From the NCBI GenBank assembly GCA_902826395.1, contig CADEER010000004.1, forward strand, positions 3,574 through 67,573: 64,000 nucleotides of DNA, in the 5' to 3' direction. Source of the DNA: an uncultured bacterium (lineage in GTDB: Bacteria > Desulfobacterota > Binatia > HRBIN30 > CADEER01). A program made the translations under genes and the position numbers. Every line of letters starts with the position of its first letter. Position 1 is the stretch's first letter. A model generated the notes under the pieces. That model was given only the letters and a program-made list of their open reading frames with translations, had not been told where the DNA came from and searched no databases. This document shows positions 39,107 to 50,096 of the stretch, piece after piece.

Positions 39107-42100
39107 TCACTCGGATCCCCGGCATTCGCACCACGTCAGCCAGCTCGGCAGGCCCCAGAACTCGAACCGTTGCGAGACCTCGCCACCGAAGGCGCCTTCT
39201 TGCGTATGGGTCTGACTCTCCCAGCGCAGTACCGTTGAGACCTGATGCGTCAACGCGTAGCTCGCCTCGACCAGGGTCTGCGGCTGAACGCCGAAGCTCT
39301 GGCCCAACCACGCCGAAAGATCCGGTGTGATGCTCTTGCCGACGCGCAGTTGCGGTTCGAACTGGCCCGTCGAGGGCGAATACCCGGGCCGGATCTCGAT
39401 CTGATCGAAGGGCAACACTTCACGCGCTTCGCCGGCGAGGAAGCCGCCGACGCGCCCGCCGGCGAGACCGGCCAGACGATCGATGGCTGGATCCGATTGG
39501 CCCCCCTCTCTCACCTGCGCCACGGTCTTGCCGAAAGCGATGAGCGCGGCGATATCGGTCTGACTCAATCCGTCCTCGGATCCGAGATGGACGCGGAAGT
39601 CGCCCGTCGTCCCGGTTACCCGCACCGTGACCCGATAAGGGATACCGTCCGCCTCGATCAGGCTCTCGGCGGTGAAATCGATCTGTGCCTCGCCCGGCAG
39701 ATCACGCCGGAACGTGAGGACCCCGTTCTCAATGTCGAACTGGCGGCCGCGCAACGAGATGCTGCCGTCGATGACTTCGATCCTGCCGCGCGGCGACGGC
39801 TTGCGCGGTGTCCCGCGGATTCGCAGGTCGGTCCGCGCTTCCAGCCGGGCGATGTTGTTCTCGATGTAGAGGCCGTCGCGCGCCACGACTCGCAAGTCGA
39901 GCTTGAGGGGCGGCCTGTCGCTTGCAATCCGCTGCGGCGGCGCCATCGCCCGATCGAACGAAGGGATGAGGTCCTGGTACTCGAGATTGCGGTCGTACAG
40001 AAGGTTGTCGATCGCAATTCTCCCGGCGAGCAGCGGCGGTGCATCCCACGCACCGGCCAGCGTCCCGTCGCCCGATAGGATCATCTCGAGGTCGCGGATC
40101 GGTTCGACGCCCACGTCCGCCAGCGACCAGCGCAAGTCCGGTCCGGAATCGACGCCGACTTCGCCGCCGATGCTGAAGCGGCCACCGCCGATCTCGCCGG
40201 TGAGTGCATCGATGTGCGCTCGACTCCCAGAGAATCGGATCGAGGCATCTATTTGAGTCGCCGGCGGCGCGCCGCTGATCTCGACGCCGCCCGCACGAAT
40301 CGCCGCCTTGCCATTGATTCCAACGAGCGCGCCTGCGGTTTTCACGTCGACTTCCAGCTCGAGTGCTCCCTTGGCCTCCTCCACCGCGGGAGTCAGGGAC
40401 GCAGCCCACTCGAGGTCCACGACGCCGCCAATCACCAGCGTTGCTGGGCGGCTGATACCGATTCCCCCGTTGAGGGTCAGCGTCGTCGCACCGCCGCGCA
40501 GCTCGGCGGGGTCGATCAGCAACGCGCCACTATCCAGTCTTGCGCGCACTGGCCGATCGCTGCGCAGCAGCTCGTCGCCGCTGGCGATCTTCAGACCCTC
40601 CACTTCGATTTGCGCGCTTGCCTCGGCCAGTGCCGCGAGGCGTCCCGTCATCGACAGCACGCCGCGCGACGAGACCCGGATCTCCTCCCCGGCAACCGCG
40701 ACCGCCGGCATATCCTCCTGCTCCCAACCGACGCGAACCTCGAACGGAAACCCGCTCCGTCCCTGGATATCCGCCGCCAGTGTCATCGCGCCGTCGAGCA
40801 ACGTCCCTTCGACCCGCCATTCGCCTGCGTTACCGGCGCCGCTTATCTCCGAGTCGCCGAACGCCTCGTCGCCGATGCGCACGTCGGTTGCCGCGAATCG
40901 CAGCGTCCCATCCGCGTTGCGGCCGGCGGCAACTAGCCTCAGCTCGCCGGCCAGGCGACCGGTGATCTGATGATCCCCGCCGTCGACCAACTCCTCGATT
41001 GGCCAATCGTCGATGCTGACCGCTACCTCGCGGACTCCCGTGCCGCGCCCGGCGACCGTTGCAGCAGCACGAAGCTGCGTTTCGTCGCTCACCTGGGCGT
41101 CGACGCGCCACGCTCCGGCTCGAGCCTCCGCTGCGAGGTCGACCTTCCCCAGAGTGACGGCCTCGACCCGAGCGGTGTCGACGCCGACTCGAGCGGTCGC
41201 CTCCAGCGCTGACCACCGTCCGTTTACCGAGACGTCACCACCGACATCGCCCGCGATGTCGGGGATGCTCCACCCGACACTTCGGCGGAGACTCTCGAGG
41301 ATCGGTTGAAGCGGCAGCGCGGCGAGACGCAGCGTCCACTGGTTCGTCACAGCACCCGAGAAAGCGACCTTGCCGCCGCCACTCAGCTCGCCACCACCCG
41401 CTCGCAGGGAGAACGACTCCACCGTCGCTTCGCGCGTCGAAACCTGGCCTCGAACGCGCAACTCCGCCGGCGTGCCGTCCGCCAGACGCAGACCGTCGCT
41501 GGCGACTACCAACGACGCACTCGGCGCATCCTCTGTCCCGGAGAGTGTCGCGTCGGCCACGAAGCCGCCTCGGGCGGGCAGCGCTCTCCGATATGCGAGT
41601 GCATTCAACACGTCCTCGATCGCGGCAACCCGAACCGTCGCGGCACCCGACAGCGCCCCCGTATCGTCGCGCACGAGGCGCATGGTCATGCGACTGTCGG
41701 CATCGACAACGACCTCGGCCGATGCCGAAATCTTCTTCCCGTCGGACGCCACCGTCGCCTCGATCGGAATCGACGGCACGCCGATCCCATCGATGCGCCC
41801 TCTCCCCTCGAGGCGGATGTCCAACTCGTCGAGGTCGATGGTCAGGTCGGCATCGCCCGTCGACTCGCGACTGGCGACGGCCGCTTCGCCCTGCAAGTTG
41901 AGGAGCCGATCGAGCTTGACATCTCGCCATCCGACCGTGCCCGCGAGGCGCAGGTTACTCTCGTCCAGCCGCAGCGCGCCGACCAATCTCCCGGCCGGCC
42001 ACACTGCCTCGATGTCATCGGCGCTCCATACGCCGGCCCGGCGGGCAATCTCCGCGTTGAGACTTTCCAGTTGTACACCGCGAAAGGAGGGCTCGCCGAC

Positions 42101-42943
42101 ACGAGCGGTGGCGCGCACCACCGGATCGCCAAACGGACCTTCGATCCGGAGATCGATCGACGCCCTGCCGTCGACTTCGACTTCGGAGGCCGCGGCGAAC
42201 TCGACCACCTCCCGCAGTTGCCCTGCCAGCTGAATATTGGTCGGTGCGATGCCCTGATCGATCGCTCCCGGCGACGAATCAGCCGTGGCCGCCTGGATCG
42301 TCAACGCCGGGCCGCTCGCCTGCAAGACCTCGGTGGAGAGTAACTCGCCATTCCAATGCGCAGCCGCCCGTACCGTGTCCACCACCGTGACTCGATCGCG
42401 CCACTGCAGCGCGACGCCTTCGGCTGTCGCTCCCAGGTCCGCGCCGCCGAGCGTCTGCAAGGCGACGTCCCCGTCCAGTCGCTCCACGACGACTTGGCGT
42501 CCCTCCGGCAGCAGCAAGCGACCGCGCCGCACTTCAACGGCGAGATCGATCGGTACCGGGAGTCCTCTTCCTCCGCTCGGCTCCGCCTGCGCACGGGTTG
42601 AGCTCGAAGGACGAGAAAGATCGATCTCGATGTCGCTTATCTCGGCGCGCCCGACCAGCTTGCCGGCAGCAAGCGACCGCCCGACATCGATACGAACGCT
42701 CGCGTCGCCAGCCCGAAACAAGGCCGGCGAGCCGACCCGCAGCCCGTTGAGACGCAGCCAGGGCGCAATCGACCGCATCTCCAGCGACTCGATCTCGACA
42801 TCCTCGCCGATCGCGCCGGCAACGCGCTCGACCAGATCGTCCTTCATTCGCTCGACGACGAACGGCAGCAGGATCAGAATCGCCATCGCGACAACGACCG
42901 CCGCAAGGCTGAGCAGCATCGCGATTCGAAGTAGGCGCCTCAC
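39107..42943 (-). CDS. tamB: TamB/AsmA-family translocation-and-assembly module protein (N-terminal TM anchor, long beta-rich periplasmic domain, C-terminal DUF490)
   Basis: 1278 aa. It has an N-terminal membrane anchor (MRRLLRIAMLLSLAAVVVAMAILILLPFVV) and sits immediately upstream of the Omp85 gene. Confidence 0.65.
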   Translation of the reverse strand: MRRLLRIAMLLSLAAVVVAMAILILLPFVVERMKDDLVERVAGAIGEDVEIESLEMRSIAPWLRLNGLRVGSPALFRAGDASVRIDVGRSLAAGKLVGRAEISDIEIDLSRPSSSTRAQAEPSGGRGLPVPIDLAVEVRRGRLLLPEGRQVVVERLDGDVALQTLGGADLGATAEGVALQWRDRVTVVDTVRAAAHWNGELLSTEVLQASGPALTIQAATADSSPGAIDQGIAPTNIQLAGQLREVVEFAAASEVEVDGRASIDLRIEGPFGDPVVRATARVGEPSFRGVQLESLNAEIARRAGVWSADDIEAVWPAGRLVGALRLDESNLRLAGTVGWRDVKLDRLLNLQGEAAVASRESTGDADLTIDLDELDIRLEGRGRIDGIGVPSIPIEATVASDGKKISASAEVVVDADSRMTMRLVRDDTGALSGAATVRVAAIEDVLNALAYRRALPARGGFVADATLSGTEDAPSASLVVASDGLRLADGTPAELRVRGQVSTREATVESFSLRAGGGELSGGGKVAFSGAVTNQWTLRLAALPLQPILESLRRSVGWSIPDIAGDVGGDVSVNGRWSALEATARVGVDTARVEAVTLGKVDLAAEARAGAWRVDAQVSDETQLRAAATVAGRGTGVREVAVSIDDWPIEELVDGGDHQITGRLAGELRLVAAGRNADGTLRFAATDVRIGDEAFGDSEISGAGNAGEWRVEGTLLDGAMTLAADIQGRSGFPFEVRVGWEQEDMPAVAVAGEEIRVSSRGVLSMTGRLAALAEASAQIEVEGLKIASGDELLRSDRPVRARLDSGALLIDPAELRGGATTLTLNGGIGISRPATLVIGGVVDLEWAASLTPAVEEAKGALELEVDVKTAGALVGINGKAAIRAGGVEISGAPPATQIDASIRFSGSRAHIDALTGEIGGGRFSIGGEVGVDSGPDLRWSLADVGVEPIRDLEMILSGDGTLAGAWDAPPLLAGRIAIDNLLYDRNLEYQDLIPSFDRAMAPPQRIASDRPPLKLDLRVVARDGLYIENNIARLEARTDLRIRGTPRKPSPRGRIEVIDGSISLRGRQFDIENGVLTFRRDLPGEAQIDFTAESLIEADGIPYRVTVRVTGTTGDFRVHLGSEDGLSQTDIAALIAFGKTVAQVREGGQSDPAIDRLAGLAGGRVGGFLAGEAREVLPFDQIEIRPGYSPSTGQFEPQLRVGKSITPDLSAWLGQSFGVQPQTLVEASYALTHQVSTVLRWESQTHTQEGAFGGEVSQRFEFWGLPSWLTWCECRGSE

Positions 42944-43020
42944 GAGCGCGGCTCCGGACGTGGCAGCGAGCGCGCCCCGAGACGAGGGTTGACCGACCTC
43001 GGGTCAGCAAATAAGTCGCG

Positions 43021-44142
43021 ATGGTTCAGGACTATCGCGTGAACGAGAGCACATCCGAGACCCAGTCCGCGCCACGGCAGCAGGGGTCGGTGCGTCCGAC
43101 CCTGTCCGGAGGCCCGTCCAAAGCCAAAGGACGTCCAGCATGGATCGGCGGCGCGCTGCTCCTCGGGCTCACCGCGTTCGTCGCCCTGCTGGCGATGACC
43201 GGTGTCGGCGAGCTCTGGCAGGTACTGCGCAGCGCGCGCCACGAGCTCCTCGTACTGCCGCTCCTCTGCGTCGCCGCCAGCTATCTGACGATGGCACTGT
43301 CCTACCACGGCATTGCCCGAGCGGCGGGCGATCACATCCACTTCCTCGACATGCTCAAGATCACTCTGGTCGCCAATTCGCTCAACTACCTGGTGGCAAC
43401 TGGCGGGTTGTCCGGGTTCGCCGCGCGCACCTACTACTTCACGCGCCGCTCAGTACCACCCGAGAAGTCCATCGTCATCTCCCTCGCTCAGACCTTTCTC
43501 ACCAACGTCACGCTACTCGTCTTCGTACTGCTAGGTCTCGCATATGTGTTTGCGGGGCGCGAACTGGAGGGTGCAGCTCTCGCCGGTACGGCGCTGACGA
43601 CCGCACTGTTGATGCTCCTCGCTTTCGTCACCGGCGCGGTGATCTTGCACCGCCCGACGCGCCGGCGGTTCTTGAACATCGTTGCCGAGGTGACCTATCG
43701 CAGTTTTCGCAAGCTGCGGCCCGCTGCGGGTCTGTCGCGCATCTCGATGCGGCGATATCTCGCCACACTGGATCGCGGCATCGCGTTTCTGGTCGCGAAC
43801 AAACGGAAGATGATCGCGCCGACCGTGTTCATCGTGCTCGACTGGGTCTTTACGATTCTGATCCTGCACACGGCATTCATGGCGATCGGAGAGGCCCTGC
43901 CGTTTGGTCAGACGGTCGTCGGCTTCTCCGTGGGCTTGATCCTATCTTTTGTCTCACTGATCCCGGGCGGCCTCGGGATCATGGAAGGATCGATGTCGGC
44001 TGTATTCGCCGGCATGGGAGTTCCGCTGCAAGCAGCGGTGGCCGCAGCCCTGCTGTTCCGATTCTTCTATTACATCGTTCCGCTGGTCGTCAGTCTGATC
44101 TTCCTGCGCGACATCCTGCTACAACTGCGCAACCCAAGCTGA
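43021..44142 (+). CDS. UPF0104 / lysylphosphatidylglycerol-synthase TM-region (flippase-like) family membrane protein
   Basis: Polytopic membrane protein with the TIGR00374-like N-terminal block (...LKITLVANSLNYLVATGGLSGFAARTYYF...). Confidence 0.65.
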   Translation: MVQDYRVNESTSETQSAPRQQGSVRPTLSGGPSKAKGRPAWIGGALLLGLTAFVALLAMTGVGELWQVLRSARHELLVLPLLCVAASYLTMALSYHGIARAAGDHIHFLDMLKITLVANSLNYLVATGGLSGFAARTYYFTRRSVPPEKSIVISLAQTFLTNVTLLVFVLLGLAYVFAGRELEGAALAGTALTTALLMLLAFVTGAVILHRPTRRRFLNIVAEVTYRSFRKLRPAAGLSRISMRRYLATLDRGIAFLVANKRKMIAPTVFIVLDWVFTILILHTAFMAIGEALPFGQTVVGFSVGLILSFVSLIPGGLGIMEGSMSAVFAGMGVPLQAAVAAALLFRFFYYIVPLVVSLIFLRDILLQLRNPS

Positions 44143-44152
44143 CCGGAGTCGC

Positions 44153-44677
44153 TCAGCGGCCGGCCATCACCCGCGCGGCGACGGCCGCCGCGCTGTAGAT
44201 CGGCACCGCGGCGAAACAGACCGTCCGCAACAACTCTGGCAGCACGCGACCGACGGCCTCATCGGCGACGGCACCCGCGAGGATCGCGTAGTTGAATACT
44301 CCGGATAGATGCCCGAGCCGGCTGCCAATCAGGGTTCTCGTATTGCTCCGCCGCAACGAGTCGATGACGTAGAAGCCGAAGGCGCCGGCGATGGCGAGCG
44401 GAACGAACGCCGGTACGAGTCCCACAGCGGCGAGCGCACCCAGGCCAGCGAGGAGAAAGACGATGTCTGCGCAGTGATCGAGCCAGCGCCCAAGCGGGCT
44501 CTCAGCATGCATCTGCCGGGCAATTCGACCGTCGGCGATATCCGACACGATCGCCGCGAAGACCAAGGCGGCGGCGACCCTGAAAGAATCCGAGCGCAAT
44601 GCCCAAACGAGCGCCGGCGCAGTCGCGAGGCGCAAGCCGGTGACCAGATGCGCCGCCCATGGTCGGATGGAGCGCAT
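44153..44677 (-). CDS. CDP-alcohol phosphatidyltransferase family protein
   Basis: DGxxARx8Gx3Dx3D motif (DIADGRIARQMHAESPLGRWLDHCAD). Uses the internal Met of MRSIRPW. The upstream 149 codons of the 323-aa track ORF overlap another gene out of frame. Confidence 0.65.
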   Translation of the reverse strand: MRSIRPWAAHLVTGLRLATAPALVWALRSDSFRVAAALVFAAIVSDIADGRIARQMHAESPLGRWLDHCADIVFLLAGLGALAAVGLVPAFVPLAIAGAFGFYVIDSLRRSNTRTLIGSRLGHLSGVFNYAILAGAVADEAVGRVLPELLRTVCFAAVPIYSAAAVAARVMAGR

Positions 44678-44691
44678 GCGGTCTCCCGTAG

Positions 44692-45114
44692 TCAGGCTTC
44701 TCCGTCGAGCAACGCCCGCACCCGCTCGACATCGCTTGCCAACGTGGCGACACGCGATTCGATTTCGGGTCTGAGCGTCTCCCATTGTGCAGGCACACCA
44801 CGCGCCGCATCGACCGCGGCTACCAGGTCGGCGTACCCAGCGACCACCGCGGCAAAGGCGGTGTAAGATTCGCGCTTCTCCTGACCGCGATGCTGCTCGA
44901 GGAACTGCCGGGCACGCTCGAGTGGATAGATCATCTCGGTCAGGTCGTTCGGCGCCGGCCTTGCTCCCGCCCGTGCCAGGGAGGCCATCTTGTCGGCCAT
45001 TCCTTGCAGTACGTCGAGGTGCACGGTGAGCACCCGCTCGTAGCCGTCGGGGACCAGCAACTCCACGGCGACGACGACCGCAAGTACGGCCAGTAGCAGT
45101 TTGCGCCGATTCAT
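44692..45114 (-). CDS. hypothetical exported helical protein (140 aa)
   Basis: Signal/TM anchor MNRRKLLLAVLAVVVAVELLV followed by a helical region. It sits upstream of the CDP-alcohol phosphatidyltransferase gene. Confidence 0.5.
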   Translation of the reverse strand: MNRRKLLLAVLAVVVAVELLVPDGYERVLTVHLDVLQGMADKMASLARAGARPAPNDLTEMIYPLERARQFLEQHRGQEKRESYTAFAAVVAGYADLVAAVDAARGVPAQWETLRPEIESRVATLASDVERVRALLDGEA

Positions 45115-45263
45115 CGCCGGCCACTATCGAGCATCAGGCGGCGCTCGACAATCCAGCCGAGCCGCCCGGCGTATCGGCCTCCTCCATGAAGGTCGGCCCT
45201 TCGAGCATGGAGACGCGGTATCCCCGGTTGGTTGCGCCATCCACTCTTGTTACCTTCGACGCC

Positions 45264-45647
45264 ATGAATGGACTGTTGTTGCGATGGTTGACGACGGCGG
45301 TGGCGATCTGGCTGACCAGCCTGATGTTCAGCGGGATCCGGGTCAGCGGCCTGGTCGCGATTCTGCTCGCGTCGTTGGCCTTGGCGGTACTCAATACACT
45401 GGTACGGCCACTGCTGTTGCTGGTCACGCTCCCCTTGACGATCGTGACGCTCGGGCTCTTCGTGTTCGTCGTCAATGCGGTAATGCTGAAGCTGGCGGCG
45501 TCCATCGTGCCCGGCTTCGCCGTCGTCGGGTTCTGGACAGCCCTGTTCGGGGCGATCGCATTGAGCGTACTGAACATGCTGCTCAGTGCGCTGCTCCGGG
45601 ATCGCAGTCGACCGGAATACGTCTACATCGAGCACCGGCGCGTGTGA
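45264..45647 (+). CDS. phage-holin-family-4 (DUF360/YvlD-like) 4-TM membrane protein
   Basis: Starts MNGLLLRWLTTAVAIWLTSLMFSGIRVSG and has 4 TM segments. The longer track ORF begins at 45186. Confidence 0.55.
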   Translation: MNGLLLRWLTTAVAIWLTSLMFSGIRVSGLVAILLASLALAVLNTLVRPLLLLVTLPLTIVTLGLFVFVVNAVMLKLAASIVPGFAVVGFWTALFGAIALSVLNMLLSALLRDRSRPEYVYIEHRRV

Positions 45648-46122
45648 CGGCGGCAGCCTGCGCTTCAGTTTGTTGATGAAAAAACTCCGGTAGCTGGTTG
45701 CGGCGCTGGGCCACCCCGCGGGTGATAGCGCGGGAGCTACCGGAGTCGTGGTGCCTGGGATCCCAGGCGGCATCACCTCAGGCGCGACGCGGCTGAAAGC
45801 AGACGCGCCGCACGCGGTGTCGGCCTAGGGGGCCACCACCTCACAAATCACCGAAGTCATACTTTGCACTGGACCACCTCCTTTCTCGGCGCGCCGAACA
45901 TATGCGACTCCCCAGTCGCTCGATCCTTGCAGTCGCCGACTACCGCACCGATCGCCCGGCCCATCTCTCCGGGGCATCGCTCCCGAAGAAACCTGGAGGT
46001 CTGTGACACCTGAGCCGGATTGGCCATTGCCATTTTTATACACCTGCGTACCGACCACTTCCAACGAATTCTTCGCACGCTAGTGGGCGATGGAAGCGCG
46101 ATCGGTTATGAACTCCACGTCA

Positions 46123-47202
46123 ATGCTGTACGCGACCATCCGACCGCTCCTCTTCCGCATCGATCCCGAGACGACACACGAGCTCGCGATGCAGTTGCTC
46201 GGTCTCGTAGAGCGACTACCTGCCACCGCCGGCCCGACGCGGACCGACGCTGCACTCGAGCGGCGCATTTGGGGCTTGCGGTTTCCGAATCCGGTGGGGC
46301 TGGCAGCCGGCTTCGACAAGAGCGCACGTCTGCCGCACGTCTGGCAACGCTTCGGCTTCGGCTTCGCCGAGTTGGGAACGATCACGGCATTGCCACAGTC
46401 CGGGAATCCGAAGCCGCGGCTATTCCGCCTGCGCGAAGCGGATGCCTTGATCAACCGTCTCGGCTTCAACAACGACGGGGCCGAAGCCGTCGCGCATCGC
46501 CTTGGCCGGCGCCTCGCGGAGCGACCTGTCGCCATCCCGCTCGGTATCAACATCGGCAAGTCGGCGGCGGTGGCACTGGCCGATGCTCCTGCCGACTACC
46601 GGCAAAGCTACCAACTACTCGCTGGGCTCGCCGACTACGTGACGATCAACGTCAGCTCTCCCAACACAAAGGGACTGCGCGACTTGCAGGCCGCGGCTGC
46701 CCTTTCGGCGATCGTTGATGCGGTACGCTCCACACCGTTGCCGGGTGACAAACGCCACCCGCCGCTACTGATCAAGGTGGCACCCGATCTCGACGACGCT
46801 CACTTGCGCGACATCGTGGACGTGGCGCTCGAGTGCGGCGTCGACGGTTTGATCGCCACGAACACGACGGTCGGCCGCGACGGCCTGCCCGACTCGCTGC
46901 CCGCCGCAACTGAGGCGGGGGGGCTCAGCGGTCGACCTCTGACGGCACGCTCCACGGCAGTCGTCCGCCGCTTACGTTCGTTGATAGGTGGCCGCCTGCC
47001 CATCATCGGCGTCGGCGGCATTTTCGACGGCGACGACGCGTTCGAGAAGATCGAAGCCGGCGCTGACCTCGTCCAGATGTACACCGGCTTCGTGTACGGC
47101 GGTCCCACGGCACCGCGCCGAGTGATCGAACGCCTGCTGCAGCGGCTCGAGCAGTCCGGATTCGACTCCGTCGAGGCCGCGGTCGGCAGCGCGGCCGGTT
47201 GA
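46123..47202 (+). CDS. pyrD: dihydroorotate dehydrogenase (quinone), class 2
   Basis: Starts [20 protein letters not shown] and has the NRLGFNNDG motif plus the FMN/orotate motifs. The track ORF starts 11 codons earlier at 46090. Confidence 0.85.
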   Translation: MLYATIRPLLFRIDPETTHELAMQLLGLVERLPATAGPTRTDAALERRIWGLRFPNPVGLAAGFDKSARLPHVWQRFGFGFAELGTITALPQSGNPKPRLFRLREADALINRLGFNNDGAEAVAHRLGRRLAERPVAIPLGINIGKSAAVALADAPADYRQSYQLLAGLADYVTINVSSPNTKGLRDLQAAAALSAIVDAVRSTPLPGDKRHPPLLIKVAPDLDDAHLRDIVDVALECGVDGLIATNTTVGRDGLPDSLPAATEAGGLSGRPLTARSTAVVRRLRSLIGGRLPIIGVGGIFDGDDAFEKIEAGADLVQMYTGFVYGGPTAPRRVIERLLQRLEQSGFDSVEAAVGSAAG

Positions 47203-47255
47203 ACCGCCGTGGACAGCAGAATACGCTCGCCAGCAAACGCGGATCAGGAGCAACC

Positions 47256-48878
<1,623 letters not shown>

Positions 48879-48884
48879 CCGACG

Positions 48885-49970
48885 CTACTCGAGCGCCGAT
48901 TTCGCCTCGGCTTGCGCCGCGAGGAGCTCCGCCAGGTAGCGTCCGCGCCAGCTGGTGTCGACCGTCGCGACACCGAGTCGCACGACCTCGGCGTTGAGCA
49001 GAAGGTCATCTTCCGCCCTGACGTAGGCCAGCAGATTGCCGTCGCGATCGTGATGACCCCGTTCGGTCAGACCTGGGTCGAGCTCGACTTCGACGCACTC
49101 GCCGACCACTTTTCTCAGAGCCTCGGTGTAAGCCGCATCGACCCCATCCGATGCCGGAAGCACGCCGAGCAGGCGGACACGTTCGTTGCCGCTCAGCGAC
49201 AAAAGCTCTCCACTCACATCGCTCACCAGAAATCGTCCGGCCGAACACCCCCGGTGCCCTCGGCCCCGCATTGCCGAGATGACCAGATACTCGTCGTCCT
49301 CGGAGTGGTTGCGCTCCGCAGCTCTCCGAGCCTGGCTCTCAGGCGATGACGGAGCTGGCGGCGCGGCGACGCCCGACGCTGCGGCGATCGTCTCCTGCCG
49401 AGGTGCGGGATCAACTGTCACCGGCGACGATGTCGCTCTGGGCGGCGCATCGGCTACCTCAGGCGCAACCGGAATATCGGCCGGCGCCGAATCGGGCGGT
49501 GACGGTCGCGCGCTCACGGCGTGGTCCTGGTCACCGCCGGCGATCCGTCCTTCCGTCGTTCCGTCTCCGAACACGCACGCCGTGGTAGCACCGCTCGAGT
49601 CGACGAGACGCGCCCACCAACGGGAGCGACCTACCCCGCCCTCGAGGTAGTACGAGAGGCCGTCCTCGGCATCGAGCTCGATCGCACACTCGCCAAGGCC
49701 GCGGCGAGAGGTGCTAAGGCTCTCGGAATAGAAGCGCACCTCGATTCGCCGCCGACCGGCGGCGACCTCGACGAAAGGATCGCGGTCGAACTTCCGATGA
49801 ACCTCGACCCCGTCTACCCGATTGACGACAAAGTAGGTCGACGAGGCGACTCCAAAATCGATCGCGTTGTGAATGCGCACTTCACCAGCCGCCGGCGGCG
49901 ACTCGTCGCGGCTTGCGGCGCAAGCGCAAATACTCGCTGCGATCACGAGATATCGGAGAGAGCGCCACAT
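48885..49970 (-). CDS. secreted thermonuclease (SNase/micrococcal-nuclease-like) domain protein with Pro/Ala-rich linker
   Basis: Signal/lipoprotein-like leader MWRSLRYLVIAASICACAAS. The C-terminal domain matches SNase (VRLLGVLPASDG...DRDGNLLAYV...AEVVRLGVA). Confidence 0.55.
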   Translation of the reverse strand: MWRSLRYLVIAASICACAASRDESPPAAGEVRIHNAIDFGVASSTYFVVNRVDGVEVHRKFDRDPFVEVAAGRRRIEVRFYSESLSTSRRGLGECAIELDAEDGLSYYLEGGVGRSRWWARLVDSSGATTACVFGDGTTEGRIAGGDQDHAVSARPSPPDSAPADIPVAPEVADAPPRATSSPVTVDPAPRQETIAAASGVAAPPAPSSPESQARRAAERNHSEDDEYLVISAMRGRGHRGCSAGRFLVSDVSGELLSLSGNERVRLLGVLPASDGVDAAYTEALRKVVGECVEVELDPGLTERGHHDRDGNLLAYVRAEDDLLLNAEVVRLGVATVDTSWRGRYLAELLAAQAEAKSALE

Positions 49971-50096
49971 GCGGATTCAGATAGGCAGAACGTCGCGGAA
50001 AGGAAAGCCCGCAAGTGGGCACGTCGTGCCGTGTTTGAATTTGTCCGTGCGGACTGCGAATGGGAAGGCGTCTGCGTAGGAACCCAGGTCGATCGA

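Noticed and set aside
39245-42992. Several 200-350-aa ORFs on the plus strand inside tamB (e.g. 39245..40078, 41306..42343, 42285..42992)
   Set aside because: They are antisense or out-of-frame to a clearly real 1278-aa gene. Their products are Arg/Ala/Pro-rich low-complexity sequences typical of spurious high-GC ORFs.
44153-45124. 323-aa ORF treated as a single CDP-alcohol phosphatidyltransferase
   Set aside because: Only the C-terminal 174 aa carry the transferase motif. The N-terminal part overlaps a well-formed 140-aa exported-protein ORF in another frame. So I split it into two genes.
45825-46078. 73- and 79-aa minus-strand ORFs in the pyrD upstream region
   Set aside because: They are in overlapping frames, lack an RBS, and lie within a region better explained as structured non-coding RNA or leader.
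47203-47255. TPP riboswitch upstream of thiC
   Set aside because: The gap is only 53 nt and lacks the CTGAGA / ACCTGATCYGG boxes. A weak partial resemblance at 45990-46040 has the boxes in the wrong order.
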